64,000 nt of DNA from assembly GCF_044324785.1 (NCBI RefSeq), contig NZ_CP172127.1. One strand, 5' to 3'. The position numbers were made by a program, and so were the translations under genes. Shown here one piece after another: positions 48,274-57,593 of this stretch (its first letter is position 1; each line of letters begins with the position of its first letter). The notes beneath the pieces are model-generated. The model worked only from the letters and a program-made list of their open reading frames with translations. It was not told the DNA's origin and did no database searches. Origin of the DNA: Escherichia coli. GTDB taxonomy: Bacteria; Pseudomonadota; Gammaproteobacteria; Enterobacterales; Enterobacteriaceae.

Positions 48274-51029
48274 TGAAACAGGCATGTGTTGAAGCTATTG
48301 CGCAGACACTTGGTCGCCAGCCAAAGGCTGATGAGCTGAAAAATATCGAAGATCGTATCAAAGAAGCAGTGCAACATGTGCACAGAAAGAATGCAAAAGA
48401 AGGCAAAAGTGGTATTCCTGATGCTCAAACATACATGGATGCTGCAGAACTGGTACGCCAGCGTGTGGTTCATGATGTGTACAAGAAAAGACAGCGTGTT
48501 GCCCAGAATGCGATCGCCATCAGTAAAATTACTGACACTCTCGATGCTAACATCCCGCCTGATCAGCAGACACCTGTTAATTTGCAGCAGTTTATTTTTG
48601 CTGGCCGACGATCGAGAGACAAAGCTGATATCTCCGTTGCTTCTGCTGAAGAGCTTGCAATTGGGGCATATCAGGACTGGTCCCGTCAGCTCAGTGCTGA
48701 ACTTCTAAAAGCAGGTGATGACGTCCGCAAATTCTTCGAGCAGAGCAGGGCGCTTGGAGAGCAGCGGTTTCGGAGTGTATTCGACAGGCAGGCGGCAAAG
48801 TCTGCACAACTCCAGATCCTGAAAGAAATATATGGCGAAGATACCGGGAATCCCCTGGCGAAGAAAATTGCACAGATTTGGAAGGATGTAACAGGCCGTG
48901 TTCGTCATGAGATGAACGACAATGGCTTTGACATAGGCCTGCGAGAAGACTGGCATACGCCATATGTGGATGATGCTGACCTTATTCGCAATGCCGGGCG
49001 CGAAGAATGGCTGGCATCGTTACCAGTGGCAGAGCAAGCTACAGCACGTCTTTCAGGTCGCCAGCCACCGATTGAGTTTGCCCGCCAGAAATGGGTTGAT
49101 GACGCTTACAACACGCAGGATCGCAGCAATTACGTTAATCCTGACGGCAGCATTATGAATGACGTCGAGTACCGTCAGGCACTGGAAGCGATCTTTGAAA
49201 CGAAGGCCACTGATGGGGCAAACAAAATTGAGCCTGGTACATTTATGGGAGCCGGAGGAATAAAGAGCCGTGGTTCTCAGCACAGGGTGATGGCGTTCAA
49301 GGATGCGCAGTCACACTTCGCCTATATGGAACGATACACTCAGCAGCCGCTGGTGGGGGTGATGATGTCGCACCTGCAATCATCATCCAGGGATTTGGGC
49401 GTCGTTAAAGCCTTTGGTCCGGACGCCGAAAGAAACTTTTCCCTGGTACTGGATCGCATCTATAAGCGCGCAGTAACAGGCGGGAAACGCAAAAAAGAAA
49501 TGGAGGATGAGGCCAAATTAGTTGCCCGTATGTTCAACTCAATGGCTGGCCTAAATGGTGTCGCTTCATCGAGTGTGTTCTCTTCAGCAGTTGGTGGTCT
49601 GCGTAACCTGATGACCAGCGCCATGCTTGGCACCAGCGTACTGACAGCAACCAGCGACCAGGCAATTATGCGGGCAAATGCGCAGGCGCTGGGCTTTACC
49701 CGTGGTGGAATGCGGCTTTCCGTTAACACTATCAAAAACCTGTTTAGTGGAGATGCCAAAAAGGCGAATGCTGAACTCGGTCTGCTGGTGGATTCACATG
49801 CTGCTGTGGTTTCGAAAATGGGCGGGTTTGACTTGTCTCGCGGCATAACTGGCTGGTTCGCAGAGAAGACACTGAAGTGGTCCGGGCTGATCGCTATGGA
49901 CCGCGCAAACAAAGCGTCGTTTGGTCTCCTGATGTACAAAAACATTGGCGAGCTGACCAGAAAATTTAAGACGCTGGACGATATGAAAGGAACCGATAAA
50001 ACCATTCTGGCTAACAAGGGATGGAGCAATGAGGACTGGGCCATCATGGCAGCGGCAGAACTCAGGCCGATGACTACTGCCGGGCATATGGGGATGACGC
50101 CAGACGCGATTTACGCTGTGCCCGATAACGTAATAGCCGACATTATGGCAGACCGTATTACCCGGATTCGTGCCGGGAGTGAAAAGGCACTGGCAGCCCT
50201 TGGAGATCTCCCTCCAGAACGCCTGAAACGGATGAAAGAAGCATTCGACGCTGAGGCTGAGCAGACCATCACGCGCATGATTCGTAATGCACGCGCTGAA
50301 GCAGCCCAGAAATTGCTGGGAATTACGCACGGTGAGATGACCAATGCTGTGACCACCGCTACGGGTATTGATACATATGCCCGTGATGATGCTGGCGAGT
50401 TAATGAAGAGCTTCATGCTCTTCAAAACAACCCCATTTGCTGGATTTCGGCAACTTGTTAACAGAACACGGGATTTGGACACCGTTCCGGCCATTAAATT
50501 TCTGGCCTCATATATCGGGGGAACAACTCTTGCTGGTATGTTTGCGATCCAGATGAACAGTTTGTTAAATGGTAATGATCCGCTGGATATGACAAAACCA
50601 ACCACATGGGTTCAGGCTTTACTGAAAGGTGGTTCGTTCGGTATCTACGGTGATTTTATTTTCCAGGACCATACGCAATATGGCTCCAGAATCGGTGCCA
50701 CTATGGGTGGCCCTGTGTTGAGCTTTGCAGAGCAGTTAACAAAATTACTGATTACTAACCCACAGAAGGCTCTACAGGGTGAAGAAACATCATTCGGTGC
50801 CGATGCACTGAAAACAGCCCGCATGATCACCCCATTCGCAAACCTGTGGTATGCGAAAGCGATAACCAATCACCTGATATTGCAACAACTTCAGGAGATG
50901 GCAAACCCTGGTTACAATGATCGAGTAAGGGACCGCGCGCAACGGGAGTTCGACATAACGAGTTGGTGGGAACCGGGTGCTATTGCGCCACGTAGAGCAC
51001 CGGATTTTGGAAAGGCGGTGGGGAACTGA
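48273..51029 (+). CDS. Large hypothetical protein (918 aa), cargo operon gene 3
   Basis: ATG at 48273 overlaps the upstream stop (TAATG) with a GAGGA RBS; the ORF-track start at 48252 is a GTG in the same frame; no recognisable catalytic motif. Confidence 0.6.
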   Translation: MKQACVEAIAQTLGRQPKADELKNIEDRIKEAVQHVHRKNAKEGKSGIPDAQTYMDAAELVRQRVVHDVYKKRQRVAQNAIAISKITDTLDANIPPDQQTPVNLQQFIFAGRRSRDKADISVASAEELAIGAYQDWSRQLSAELLKAGDDVRKFFEQSRALGEQRFRSVFDRQAAKSAQLQILKEIYGEDTGNPLAKKIAQIWKDVTGRVRHEMNDNGFDIGLREDWHTPYVDDADLIRNAGREEWLASLPVAEQATARLSGRQPPIEFARQKWVDDAYNTQDRSNYVNPDGSIMNDVEYRQALEAIFETKATDGANKIEPGTFMGAGGIKSRGSQHRVMAFKDAQSHFAYMERYTQQPLVGVMMSHLQSSSRDLGVVKAFGPDAERNFSLVLDRIYKRAVTGGKRKKEMEDEAKLVARMFNSMAGLNGVASSSVFSSAVGGLRNLMTSAMLGTSVLTATSDQAIMRANAQALGFTRGGMRLSVNTIKNLFSGDAKKANAELGLLVDSHAAVVSKMGGFDLSRGITGWFAEKTLKWSGLIAMDRANKASFGLLMYKNIGELTRKFKTLDDMKGTDKTILANKGWSNEDWAIMAAAELRPMTTAGHMGMTPDAIYAVPDNVIADIMADRITRIRAGSEKALAALGDLPPERLKRMKEAFDAEAEQTITRMIRNARAEAAQKLLGITHGEMTNAVTTATGIDTYARDDAGELMKSFMLFKTTPFAGFRQLVNRTRDLDTVPAIKFLASYIGGTTLAGMFAIQMNSLLNGNDPLDMTKPTTWVQALLKGGSFGIYGDFIFQDHTQYGSRIGATMGGPVLSFAEQLTKLLITNPQKALQGEETSFGADALKTARMITPFANLWYAKAITNHLILQQLQEMANPGYNDRVRDRAQREFDITSWWEPGAIAPRRAPDFGKAVGN

Positions 51030-51343
51030 TGACGAGAGATAAAATTGAATATATTGCTTCTCTTAAATATGAAGCTGAGAAATGGAGAAGGATTGGCGGG
51101 TGGGGAACATTAATATCACTCTCTGCTTTACTTATAGACTCCTGGTTCAGACATATTGATGCAGCATCATTACTTTTTGAATCAGCAGTACTTGGTGGAT
51201 TCATTTGCTGTTGGGGTGGTAATTATGATCGGGCGTCCAAACATAAGAGAGAACTTGACGCGATATGTTTTGCTTTATTCGGTAAGGATTACGAAAGTTC
51301 TGACCTTGATATAATTGAATTCAACAAAACGGAACTATCGTGA
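51029..51343 (+). CDS. Small protein with one hydrophobic segment (104 aa), cargo operon gene 4
   Basis: TGATG coupling to gene 3; predicted membrane-spanning stretch (LISLSALLIDSWF...VLGGFICCWGG); followed by a terminator. Confidence 0.45.
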   Translation: MTRDKIEYIASLKYEAEKWRRIGGWGTLISLSALLIDSWFRHIDAASLLFESAVLGGFICCWGGNYDRASKHKRELDAICFALFGKDYESSDLDIIEFNKTELS

Positions 51344-51351
51344 CATGTCAC

Positions 51352-51376
51352 AGGCCGCTTTCGCGGCCTTGTTTTT
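51352..51376 (+). terminator. Rho-independent terminator of the cargo operon
   Basis: Stem aggccgc / gcggcct with loop tttc, followed by TGTTTTT; 9 nt after the stop of the 104-aa gene. Confidence 0.6.
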
Positions 51377-52045
51377 AACGAATGCCACCGCCGCCCGGGC
51401 GGGAATTCGCAGATAAAAAAGCACGCTGCACGGTTTTATTAATACTTATACCATTAGGATTGATCCTTCAATGGACAATCCTTCCATCGTGTGGCCAGCC
51501 ATTCATATTCTTTGTCTTTTCTTCAGTATCGGCTTTGCATCTTCTACACCCTGAAAGATGTCGTTTTATGGTGTATCTGATGATTTATTCCCTAACAATA
51601 GATATTCGAAAAATTAATCAGTTAAAACAATTATTTGGATAATTTCAGGTAAAACTATCTTAATCTTCTGGTGGATCTCAATGCGTAGTGACGGTATCGG
51701 GATTAAGGGCGTGGATATTCGCGATATATGCCGCTACACCCCTCAACAGTAATAGATATGAGCTTTTCACGCTCTCCTTTCACTGCTGAGAACGGCAACA
51801 ACGTGCCACAGGAACGCGCTGTAATCGATTCTGACGCACTTAATTGCGTTGGGTAATGGTTTTTGCCAGCCTGTGGGGGTAACTCTGTTTTATGAGGCTT
51901 TGGCTATAGTGCAAAAATACACTTTGTCTTGCCTCTCAATTTGATGAGACTGGAACGACAACAGGACAGACCACCAGCAACAGTTACCGTATTCAGCCGT
52001 TCTGTGGCACCAGTGGAACTATCAACCCCTGCTTTCAGCAATGTG

Positions 52046-52203
52046 TTTGCGGGTTATTTTGGGGCGTTTGCGGGTTATTTGGGATGTTTTGCGGGTTATG
52101 TGATGCTTGAATAATGAACAGTGTATTTTGCAACATATTGATACTAAAGAACAAAAAATAGTTAGCATACTAAGATAACCCGGTAACCCGCATAACCCGC
52201 ACT
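52046..52203. repeat. Iteron cluster B: three inverted and three direct copies of the same (A/G)TAACCCGC motif
   Basis: TTTGCGGGTTAT at 52046, 52067 and 52088; ATAACCCGG at 52175, GTAACCCGCA at 52183, ATAACCCGCAC at 52193; same motif as cluster A, ~10.5 kb away, just inside attR. Confidence 0.55.
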
Positions 52204-52688
52204 GTTTTGTATATATATACGAAAAATTGCATTCAGGAGGGGGGGAGCGAAATCCCTACAATCCATTGCTTATGGGACCGCCCGCCTCGTCAAATTTTTA
52301 CACCCGCGAAATAAAAAAATACTTCACGCTGGTGGGCATGATGCTGATATGGGAGGCTTCCATAACGCCACCATTCGGAACTATGCAAATCTGCATAGAA
52401 AAGGGGATGCCTGATACAATACCCTCGCCCGATAAAATCACACCGATAAACTCATCTGCCACGAGTAGAAAGAGCGAACGAACCCGATACGCAGTAATGC
52501 TTGTCGGGTACAGCTTTTTAAGGCGGCTGTAGATATCAGGCCATCCGTGATCATCCACCAGCGAGATAGCCGATAACGATGACGCATAACCCTCAAGCGA
52601 GGGATAAATGTGTATAGAAATGTGTATAGAATTGATTTTAGAACTCGCAGGATTCGCGCTATTACTGGCCTTGTGTGATGTTGTATTG

Positions 52689-52706
52689 TTCCCTTCGCCC
52701 GCTCCA
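52689..52706 (+). repeat. attR core (duplicated glyU 3' end)
   Basis: Exact 18-bp copy of the glyU 3' end, 19.1 kb downstream of the tRNA. Confidence 0.75.
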
Positions 52707-52938
52707 ATTTATCTTCACCTCATCAACCTGTCATTTTTGTTGTATCTGATTTTCTATATTATCTTAATTCAATCGCTTCAGACTTTTCGCAATCGCCGAA
52801 ATACTTCCCCATTTTTTTGTAAATAAAAGCGTTTACGCAATGCAATCCATTTGTAACAACCCAGGTAAAATACCTTATTTTCAAGTTGTTAAATAAGTGG
52901 TTATCTACGCTTTTAACAAACGATTGATGGAATCTTTT

Positions 52939-54549
52939 ATGAAAGGGAAATCTACATTAACTCTTCTGCTCGCTGGTATATTTTCATGCGGCACATGCCA
53001 GGCGACAGGGGCAGAAGTGACGAGTGAATCTGTATTTAACATTCTTAATTCCACGAGGGCAGTAACAGATAAAAGTTATTTATCGTTAAATCCAGATAAG
53101 TATCCTAATTATCGTCTTCTGATTCACTCAGCCAAATTACAAAATGAAATAAAGAGCCACTATACCAAAGACGAAATTCAAGGATTGTTTACATTAACAG
53201 AAAACACACGAAAGTTAGCGTTGACGGAGAAACCCTGGGGAACGTTTATTCTTGCTTCTACTTTCGAAGATGACAAAACAGCGGCAGAAACCCACTATGA
53301 TGCTGTCTGGCTGAGGGATAGTTTATGGGGCTATATGGCATTAGTATCAGATCAGGAAAATAGGGTAGCTGCAAAAAAGATTCTGCTCACCCTGTGGGAT
53401 TATATGTCTACGCCCGACCAGATTAAGCGGATGCAGGATGTCATTAGCAACCCAAAACGACTGGATGGAATTCCCGGGCAAATGAATGCTGTGCATATCC
53501 GATTTGACAGCAACTCCCCCGTGATGGCAGATGTGCAGGAAGAAGGCAAGCCGCAGCTGTGGAACCATAAACAAAATGATGCTTTAGGTCTTTATCTTGA
53601 TCTCCTTATACAAGCAATCGACACTGGTACTATTAACGCTGAAGACTGGGAAAAAGGTGACCGATTAAAATCGATTGCGCTGTTGGTTGCTTATCTGGAT
53701 AAAGCCAATTTCTATGTTATGGAAGATTCTGGAGCGTGGGAAGAAGATGCCCGATTAAACACATCTTCAGTTGCACTGGTGACCTCTGGACTGGAACGTT
53801 TGTCAAACCTACTCTCGAAGAAAGACTCTGTTTTTGTCTCTGATTTACTACGCGAAGCTAAAGCCAATGAACTGGATGAACCTCTTTCAACAACGAGGTT
53901 GAACCATCTCATAGATAAAGGGTATGAAAGAATAACGCTACAGCTTGATTTAGGGGGAGAATCCCCTGGTTATCTGGAAAAAGATAAACATTACAGAGAA
54001 GCTGATGCGGCCTTACTTAATGTTATTTATCCTGCAAATCTTTCAAAGATAAACACCAGAAGAAAAGAGCAAGTTCTAAAAATAGTTAAAAAACTAGCAG
54101 GTCCGTATGGTATAAAAAGATACGAGAAGGATAATTATCAGTCGGCAAATTTTTGGTTCAATGATATTAAAACTGATACCGATCAAAATTCACATGCGAA
54201 AAGAGAAAAGAGCTTCATTCCATCAACAGAAGCAGAATGGTTTTTTGACTCATGGTATGCAAAATCAGCAGCAATTGTTTATAAAGAATCAAGAAAAGAA
54301 GAATATTTGAATGACTCAGTGCAATTTATGAATAGATCATTGGCCCAAATAACAGGCGAGAATATGATTGGTGCAAATGGCAGGAGCGTACCTGAAATGG
54401 CACTTCCCGAAAGCTATAACTATATCCACAAGTCAGGAACTTTGCATGAAGCGCCAAGCCCTATCATTCCGCTAAACTGGTCGAAAGCCTCAATGACTCT
54501 TATGTTGAAAGAAATGTCCAACCTTATCAATGATGAGGGAAATAAATAG
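52939..54549 (+). CDS. Secreted (possibly lipo-) protein with glucoamylase-like (GH15-type) motifs
   Basis: Signal peptide MKGKSTLTLLLAGIFSCGTCQA; glucoamylase-type motifs WLRDS (W-x-R-D) and GAWEE (general-acid region); AT-rich like the neighbouring T3SS genes; the ORF-track start at 52897 is an alternative. Confidence 0.55.
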   Translation: MKGKSTLTLLLAGIFSCGTCQATGAEVTSESVFNILNSTRAVTDKSYLSLNPDKYPNYRLLIHSAKLQNEIKSHYTKDEIQGLFTLTENTRKLALTEKPWGTFILASTFEDDKTAAETHYDAVWLRDSLWGYMALVSDQENRVAAKKILLTLWDYMSTPDQIKRMQDVISNPKRLDGIPGQMNAVHIRFDSNSPVMADVQEEGKPQLWNHKQNDALGLYLDLLIQAIDTGTINAEDWEKGDRLKSIALLVAYLDKANFYVMEDSGAWEEDARLNTSSVALVTSGLERLSNLLSKKDSVFVSDLLREAKANELDEPLSTTRLNHLIDKGYERITLQLDLGGESPGYLEKDKHYREADAALLNVIYPANLSKINTRRKEQVLKIVKKLAGPYGIKRYEKDNYQSANFWFNDIKTDTDQNSHAKREKSFIPSTEAEWFFDSWYAKSAAIVYKESRKEEYLNDSVQFMNRSLAQITGENMIGANGRSVPEMALPESYNYIHKSGTLHEAPSPIIPLNWSKASMTLMLKEMSNLINDEGNK

Positions 54550-54614
54550 TTTTCATAATGAGGCGGTCCTGGATTAAAAGGACCGCTCAAAGAGAAATCG
54601 TAAGGGAGGTAAAA

Positions 54615-54794
54615 GTGATCAATAAATTACTGTTAGCTTACCTGATAGGTCTGGTTGTGACATCGACCTTAATATTTATCTTCTCGGAAGAAAAAGTAAC
54701 ATATCGGTTGTTTGCTGCAGTAATTACAGGGTTGACCTGGCCGCTTAGCCTCATTCCATCCATCATAAGTCTCATGATTCGTAAATCCGACTAA
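54615..54794 (+). CDS. Small membrane protein (two predicted TM segments)
   Basis: GTG start at 54615 preceded by strong RBS GGGAGGT; hydrophobic segments LLLAYLIGLVVTSTLIFIF and LFAAVITGLTWPLSLIPSIISL. Confidence 0.35.
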   Translation: MINKLLLAYLIGLVVTSTLIFIFSEEKVTYRLFAAVITGLTWPLSLIPSIISLMIRKSD

Positions 54795-55139
54795 CAAGAA
54801 AATTATATGAACGATTAAGAAAAATAGAATCGAAAAAGAGAATAAAATATATGAGGGGAGTAACAAAACACTCGCAGTGCGTTAATGTGTAACTAACAAA
54901 TATGATTTTTATTGAAAATAGTCACCAAACAAGTGTTATAAGAAATACGGGGTATGTTTAAGTAAAACATATCAACCGTTGCAATTCTGTATATGGACAG
55001 GATGACTTACTACTGTAAGTGGCTGATAGCTATTCGCTCATAACAAAATCATTATTTTATAAATAGGAATCATCACTTTTTAATCATGTTTTTATTGCAA
55101 GTTTATGGAGAATGAGAATATGGAATAAGGAGATGAAAC

Positions 55140-55889
55140 ATGATTGAAGAAGGGCTGTTACTTCCAATGAATGTTTTGCTTCAAGGACAGAAGTTAACCC
55201 TACTGGATCCTGAAATGTGGTTCTTACGGGGAAATGAAAACAAGGATGTAACCCTTGTTATTACGATTGGTAATAACCATCAAAAATTAATGGTAGTGGA
55301 AGACATATTACTGCTCATTGACCGAAGCCAAATTGAGGTAACTGCAGGGAAAGTAATTTATCATCCACTTCGCATTGATATCCTGAGTAAATTATTAGCT
55401 TTTATAGATGAATCAACGGGGAGTGTGGAAAGGGAACACCATGAGTTGTTTGCTGATGCCTTGCCCTTTGCATCAGAAGTTGTGCTATTCAGTAAAGTTG
55501 CAAGTGAAGCCTGGTTTTTAGCCACTTATCTGAGCAGCGATAATATTAATGAAATTCTGTTTCAGCATCTAAGAAAAACAGAATGCTATAAACTGGTTCG
55601 CTATTTATTATCGCAATCGCTCATACAGACTTCACTCTATGATCTTGGTGAGCTTTACGGCGTATCGTATTCACATTTTCGCCGTTTATGTAGTTATGCA
55701 TTGGGTGGTAAAGTTAAAACGGAATTATGTGGCTGGAGAGTTGCCAGAGCCGTGTTGGAAATCATTGAAGGAAACAGTGATATGACAACAATTGCGCATA
55801 AATATGGCTACTCATCCTCATCACACTTTTCAGCCGAAGTAAAAAGCCGGTTAGGAAAAACACCGAGAGAACTATGTAAAAAGTTATGA
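55140..55889 (+). CDS. eivF: AraC-family T3SS transcriptional activator (InvF homologue)
   Basis: 249 aa; C-terminal AraC-type HTH (SYSHFRRLC...IAHKYGYSSSSHFSAEVKSRLGKTP); first gene of an inv-like operon; AT-rich. Confidence 0.8.
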   Translation: MIEEGLLLPMNVLLQGQKLTLLDPEMWFLRGNENKDVTLVITIGNNHQKLMVVEDILLLIDRSQIEVTAGKVIYHPLRIDILSKLLAFIDESTGSVEREHHELFADALPFASEVVLFSKVASEAWFLATYLSSDNINEILFQHLRKTECYKLVRYLLSQSLIQTSLYDLGELYGVSYSHFRRLCSYALGGKVKTELCGWRVARAVLEIIEGNSDMTTIAHKYGYSSSSHFSAEVKSRLGKTPRELCKKL

Positions 55890-57589
55890 AAATAAAATTA
55901 TGCATTACTATTATATTAATTTCAGCCTTATGCATTTTTAATGGATTATTGACTCCTGGTGCATATGCCGCAACAGCGAATGGATACGTAGCAAATAAAG
56001 AAAATCTACGTAGTTTTTTTGAAACGGTTTCATCATATGCGGGTAAGCCTACAATAGTAAGTAAGCTTGCCATGAAGAAACAGATCAGCGGAAATTTTGA
56101 TTTAACCGAACCCTATGCCTTGATTGAACGCCTGTCGGCGCAGATGGGACTTATTTGGTATGATGATGGCAAAGCTATTTATATCTATGACTCATCAGAG
56201 ATGCGTAATGCTCTGATTAATCTGAGAAAGGTATCGACTAATGAGTTTAATAATTTCTTAAAAAAATCGGGTCTGTATAACTCTCGTTATGAAATTAAAG
56301 GGGGCGGCAATGGTACTTTCTATGTATCGGGGCCACCGGTTTATGTTGACCTGGTCGTTAATGCTGCGAAATTAATGGAGCAAAACAGCGATGGCATCGA
56401 GATCGGACGCAATAAAGTAGGGATTATTCACCTGGTCAACACATTCGTTAATGATCGGACTTATGAATTACGTGGCGAAAAGATAGTTATTCCTGGCATG
56501 GCAAAAGTACTATCAACATTGTTAAATAATAACATTAAGCAAAGCACAGGGGTGAACGTACTTTCTGAAATTTCAAGTCGTCAACAACTAAAAAACGTAT
56601 CACGTATGCCTCCTTTTCCTGGTGCTGAAGAAGATGATGACCTACAAGTAGAGAAAATAATATCGACAGCTGGAGCGCCAGAGACTGACGATATACAAAT
56701 TATTGCATATCCTGATACCAACAGTTTACTTGTTAAAGGAACAGTATCTCAGGTTGATTTTATCGAGAAGTTAGTAGCTACGCTCGATATTCCAAAGCGA
56801 CATATTGAATTATCTTTATGGATAATAGATATTGATAAGACTGATCTAGAACAGTTAGGAGCTGACTGGTCGGGCACGATAAAAATTGGATCCAGCCTAA
56901 GTGCATCATTTAATAATTCAGGTTCAATTAGTACCCTGGATGGGACACAGTTTATTGCAACAATACAGGCACTTGCGCAAAAAAGAAGAGCCGCCGTTGT
57001 TGCTCGTCCTGTCGTTTTAACACAGGAGAATATTCCTGCTATATTTGATAATAACCGTACTTTCTATACTAAATTAGTCGGCGAGCGTACTGCGGAGTTG
57101 GATGAAGTAACCTATGGTACGATGATTAGCGTGCTACCACGATTTGCTTCGCGAAATCAAATTGAATTACTCTTGAATATTGAAGATGGCAATGAAATCA
57201 ATTCCGACAAGACCAATGTTGATGATCTGCCTCAGGTTGGTAGAACGCTAATAAGTACTATTGCGCGCGTGCCTCAAGGGAAAAGTCTTTTGATTGGTGG
57301 ATATACACGAGATACGAATACCTATGAAAGTCGCAAGATCCCAATATTAGGCAGTATTCCATTTATTGGTAAATTATTTGGATATGAAGGAACAAATGCG
57401 AATAACATCGTTCGTGTCTTTCTTATTGAGCCAAGAGAGATCGATGAGCGCATGATGAATAATGCGAATGAGGCTGCGGTTGACGCCAGAGCAATAACAC
57501 AGCAAATGGCAAAAAATAAAGAAATCAACGATGAATTACTGCAGAAATGGATAAAAACTTACCTGAATCGTGAAGTCGTCGGAGGATAG
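55886..57589 (+). CDS. eivG: T3SS outer-membrane secretin (InvG/SctC homologue)
   Basis: 567 aa; signal peptide; long collinear similarity to Salmonella InvG (e.g. LIWYDDGKAIYIYDSSEMRNA, GTFYVSGPPVYVDLVVNAA); ATGA overlap with eivF. Confidence 0.85.
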   Translation: MKIKLCITIILISALCIFNGLLTPGAYAATANGYVANKENLRSFFETVSSYAGKPTIVSKLAMKKQISGNFDLTEPYALIERLSAQMGLIWYDDGKAIYIYDSSEMRNALINLRKVSTNEFNNFLKKSGLYNSRYEIKGGGNGTFYVSGPPVYVDLVVNAAKLMEQNSDGIEIGRNKVGIIHLVNTFVNDRTYELRGEKIVIPGMAKVLSTLLNNNIKQSTGVNVLSEISSRQQLKNVSRMPPFPGAEEDDDLQVEKIISTAGAPETDDIQIIAYPDTNSLLVKGTVSQVDFIEKLVATLDIPKRHIELSLWIIDIDKTDLEQLGADWSGTIKIGSSLSASFNNSGSISTLDGTQFIATIQALAQKRRAAVVARPVVLTQENIPAIFDNNRTFYTKLVGERTAELDEVTYGTMISVLPRFASRNQIELLLNIEDGNEINSDKTNVDDLPQVGRTLISTIARVPQGKSLLIGGYTRDTNTYESRKIPILGSIPFIGKLFGYEGTNANNIVRVFLIEPREIDERMMNNANEAAVDARAITQQMAKNKEINDELLQKWIKTYLNREVVGG

Positions 57590-57593
57590 TGAA

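Larger units (their letters stand above)
33544..52706. mobile_element. ~19.2 kb integrative element inserted in the 3' end of glyU (P4-family integrase; satellite/PICI-like replicon without recognisable capsid or packaging genes)
   Basis: 18-bp direct repeat TTCCCTTCGCCCGCTCCA at 33544-33561 (3' end of glyU) and 52689-52706; integrase immediately next to the tRNA; phage-type regulatory and replication genes inside. Confidence 0.75.

Noticed and set aside
43682-51029. The three large cargo proteins as capsid, portal or terminase genes of a capsid-forming satellite
   Set aside because: No Walker A/B terminase motif and no recognisable portal or major-capsid features by eye, and no protease/scaffold gene order; this cannot be excluded without profile searches, so it remains an alternative in the main finding.
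51350-51420. Possible P2/P4-type cos site near the end of the element
   Set aside because: No match to the 19-nt P2/P4 cohesive-end sequence; the GC-rich palindrome here is better explained as the cargo-operon terminator.
41474-52203. Possible CRISPR array (short repeats)
   Set aside because: The repeats are 9-bp iterons with irregular spacing and mixed orientation, not 28-37-bp direct repeats with uniform spacers; no cas genes are present.
52939-54549. GH15-like protein as a T3SS structural component or as cargo of the glyU element
   Set aside because: It lies outside attR, so it is not part of the integrative element, and it has no similarity to any Sct/Inv/Spa component; it is treated as an island accessory gene.
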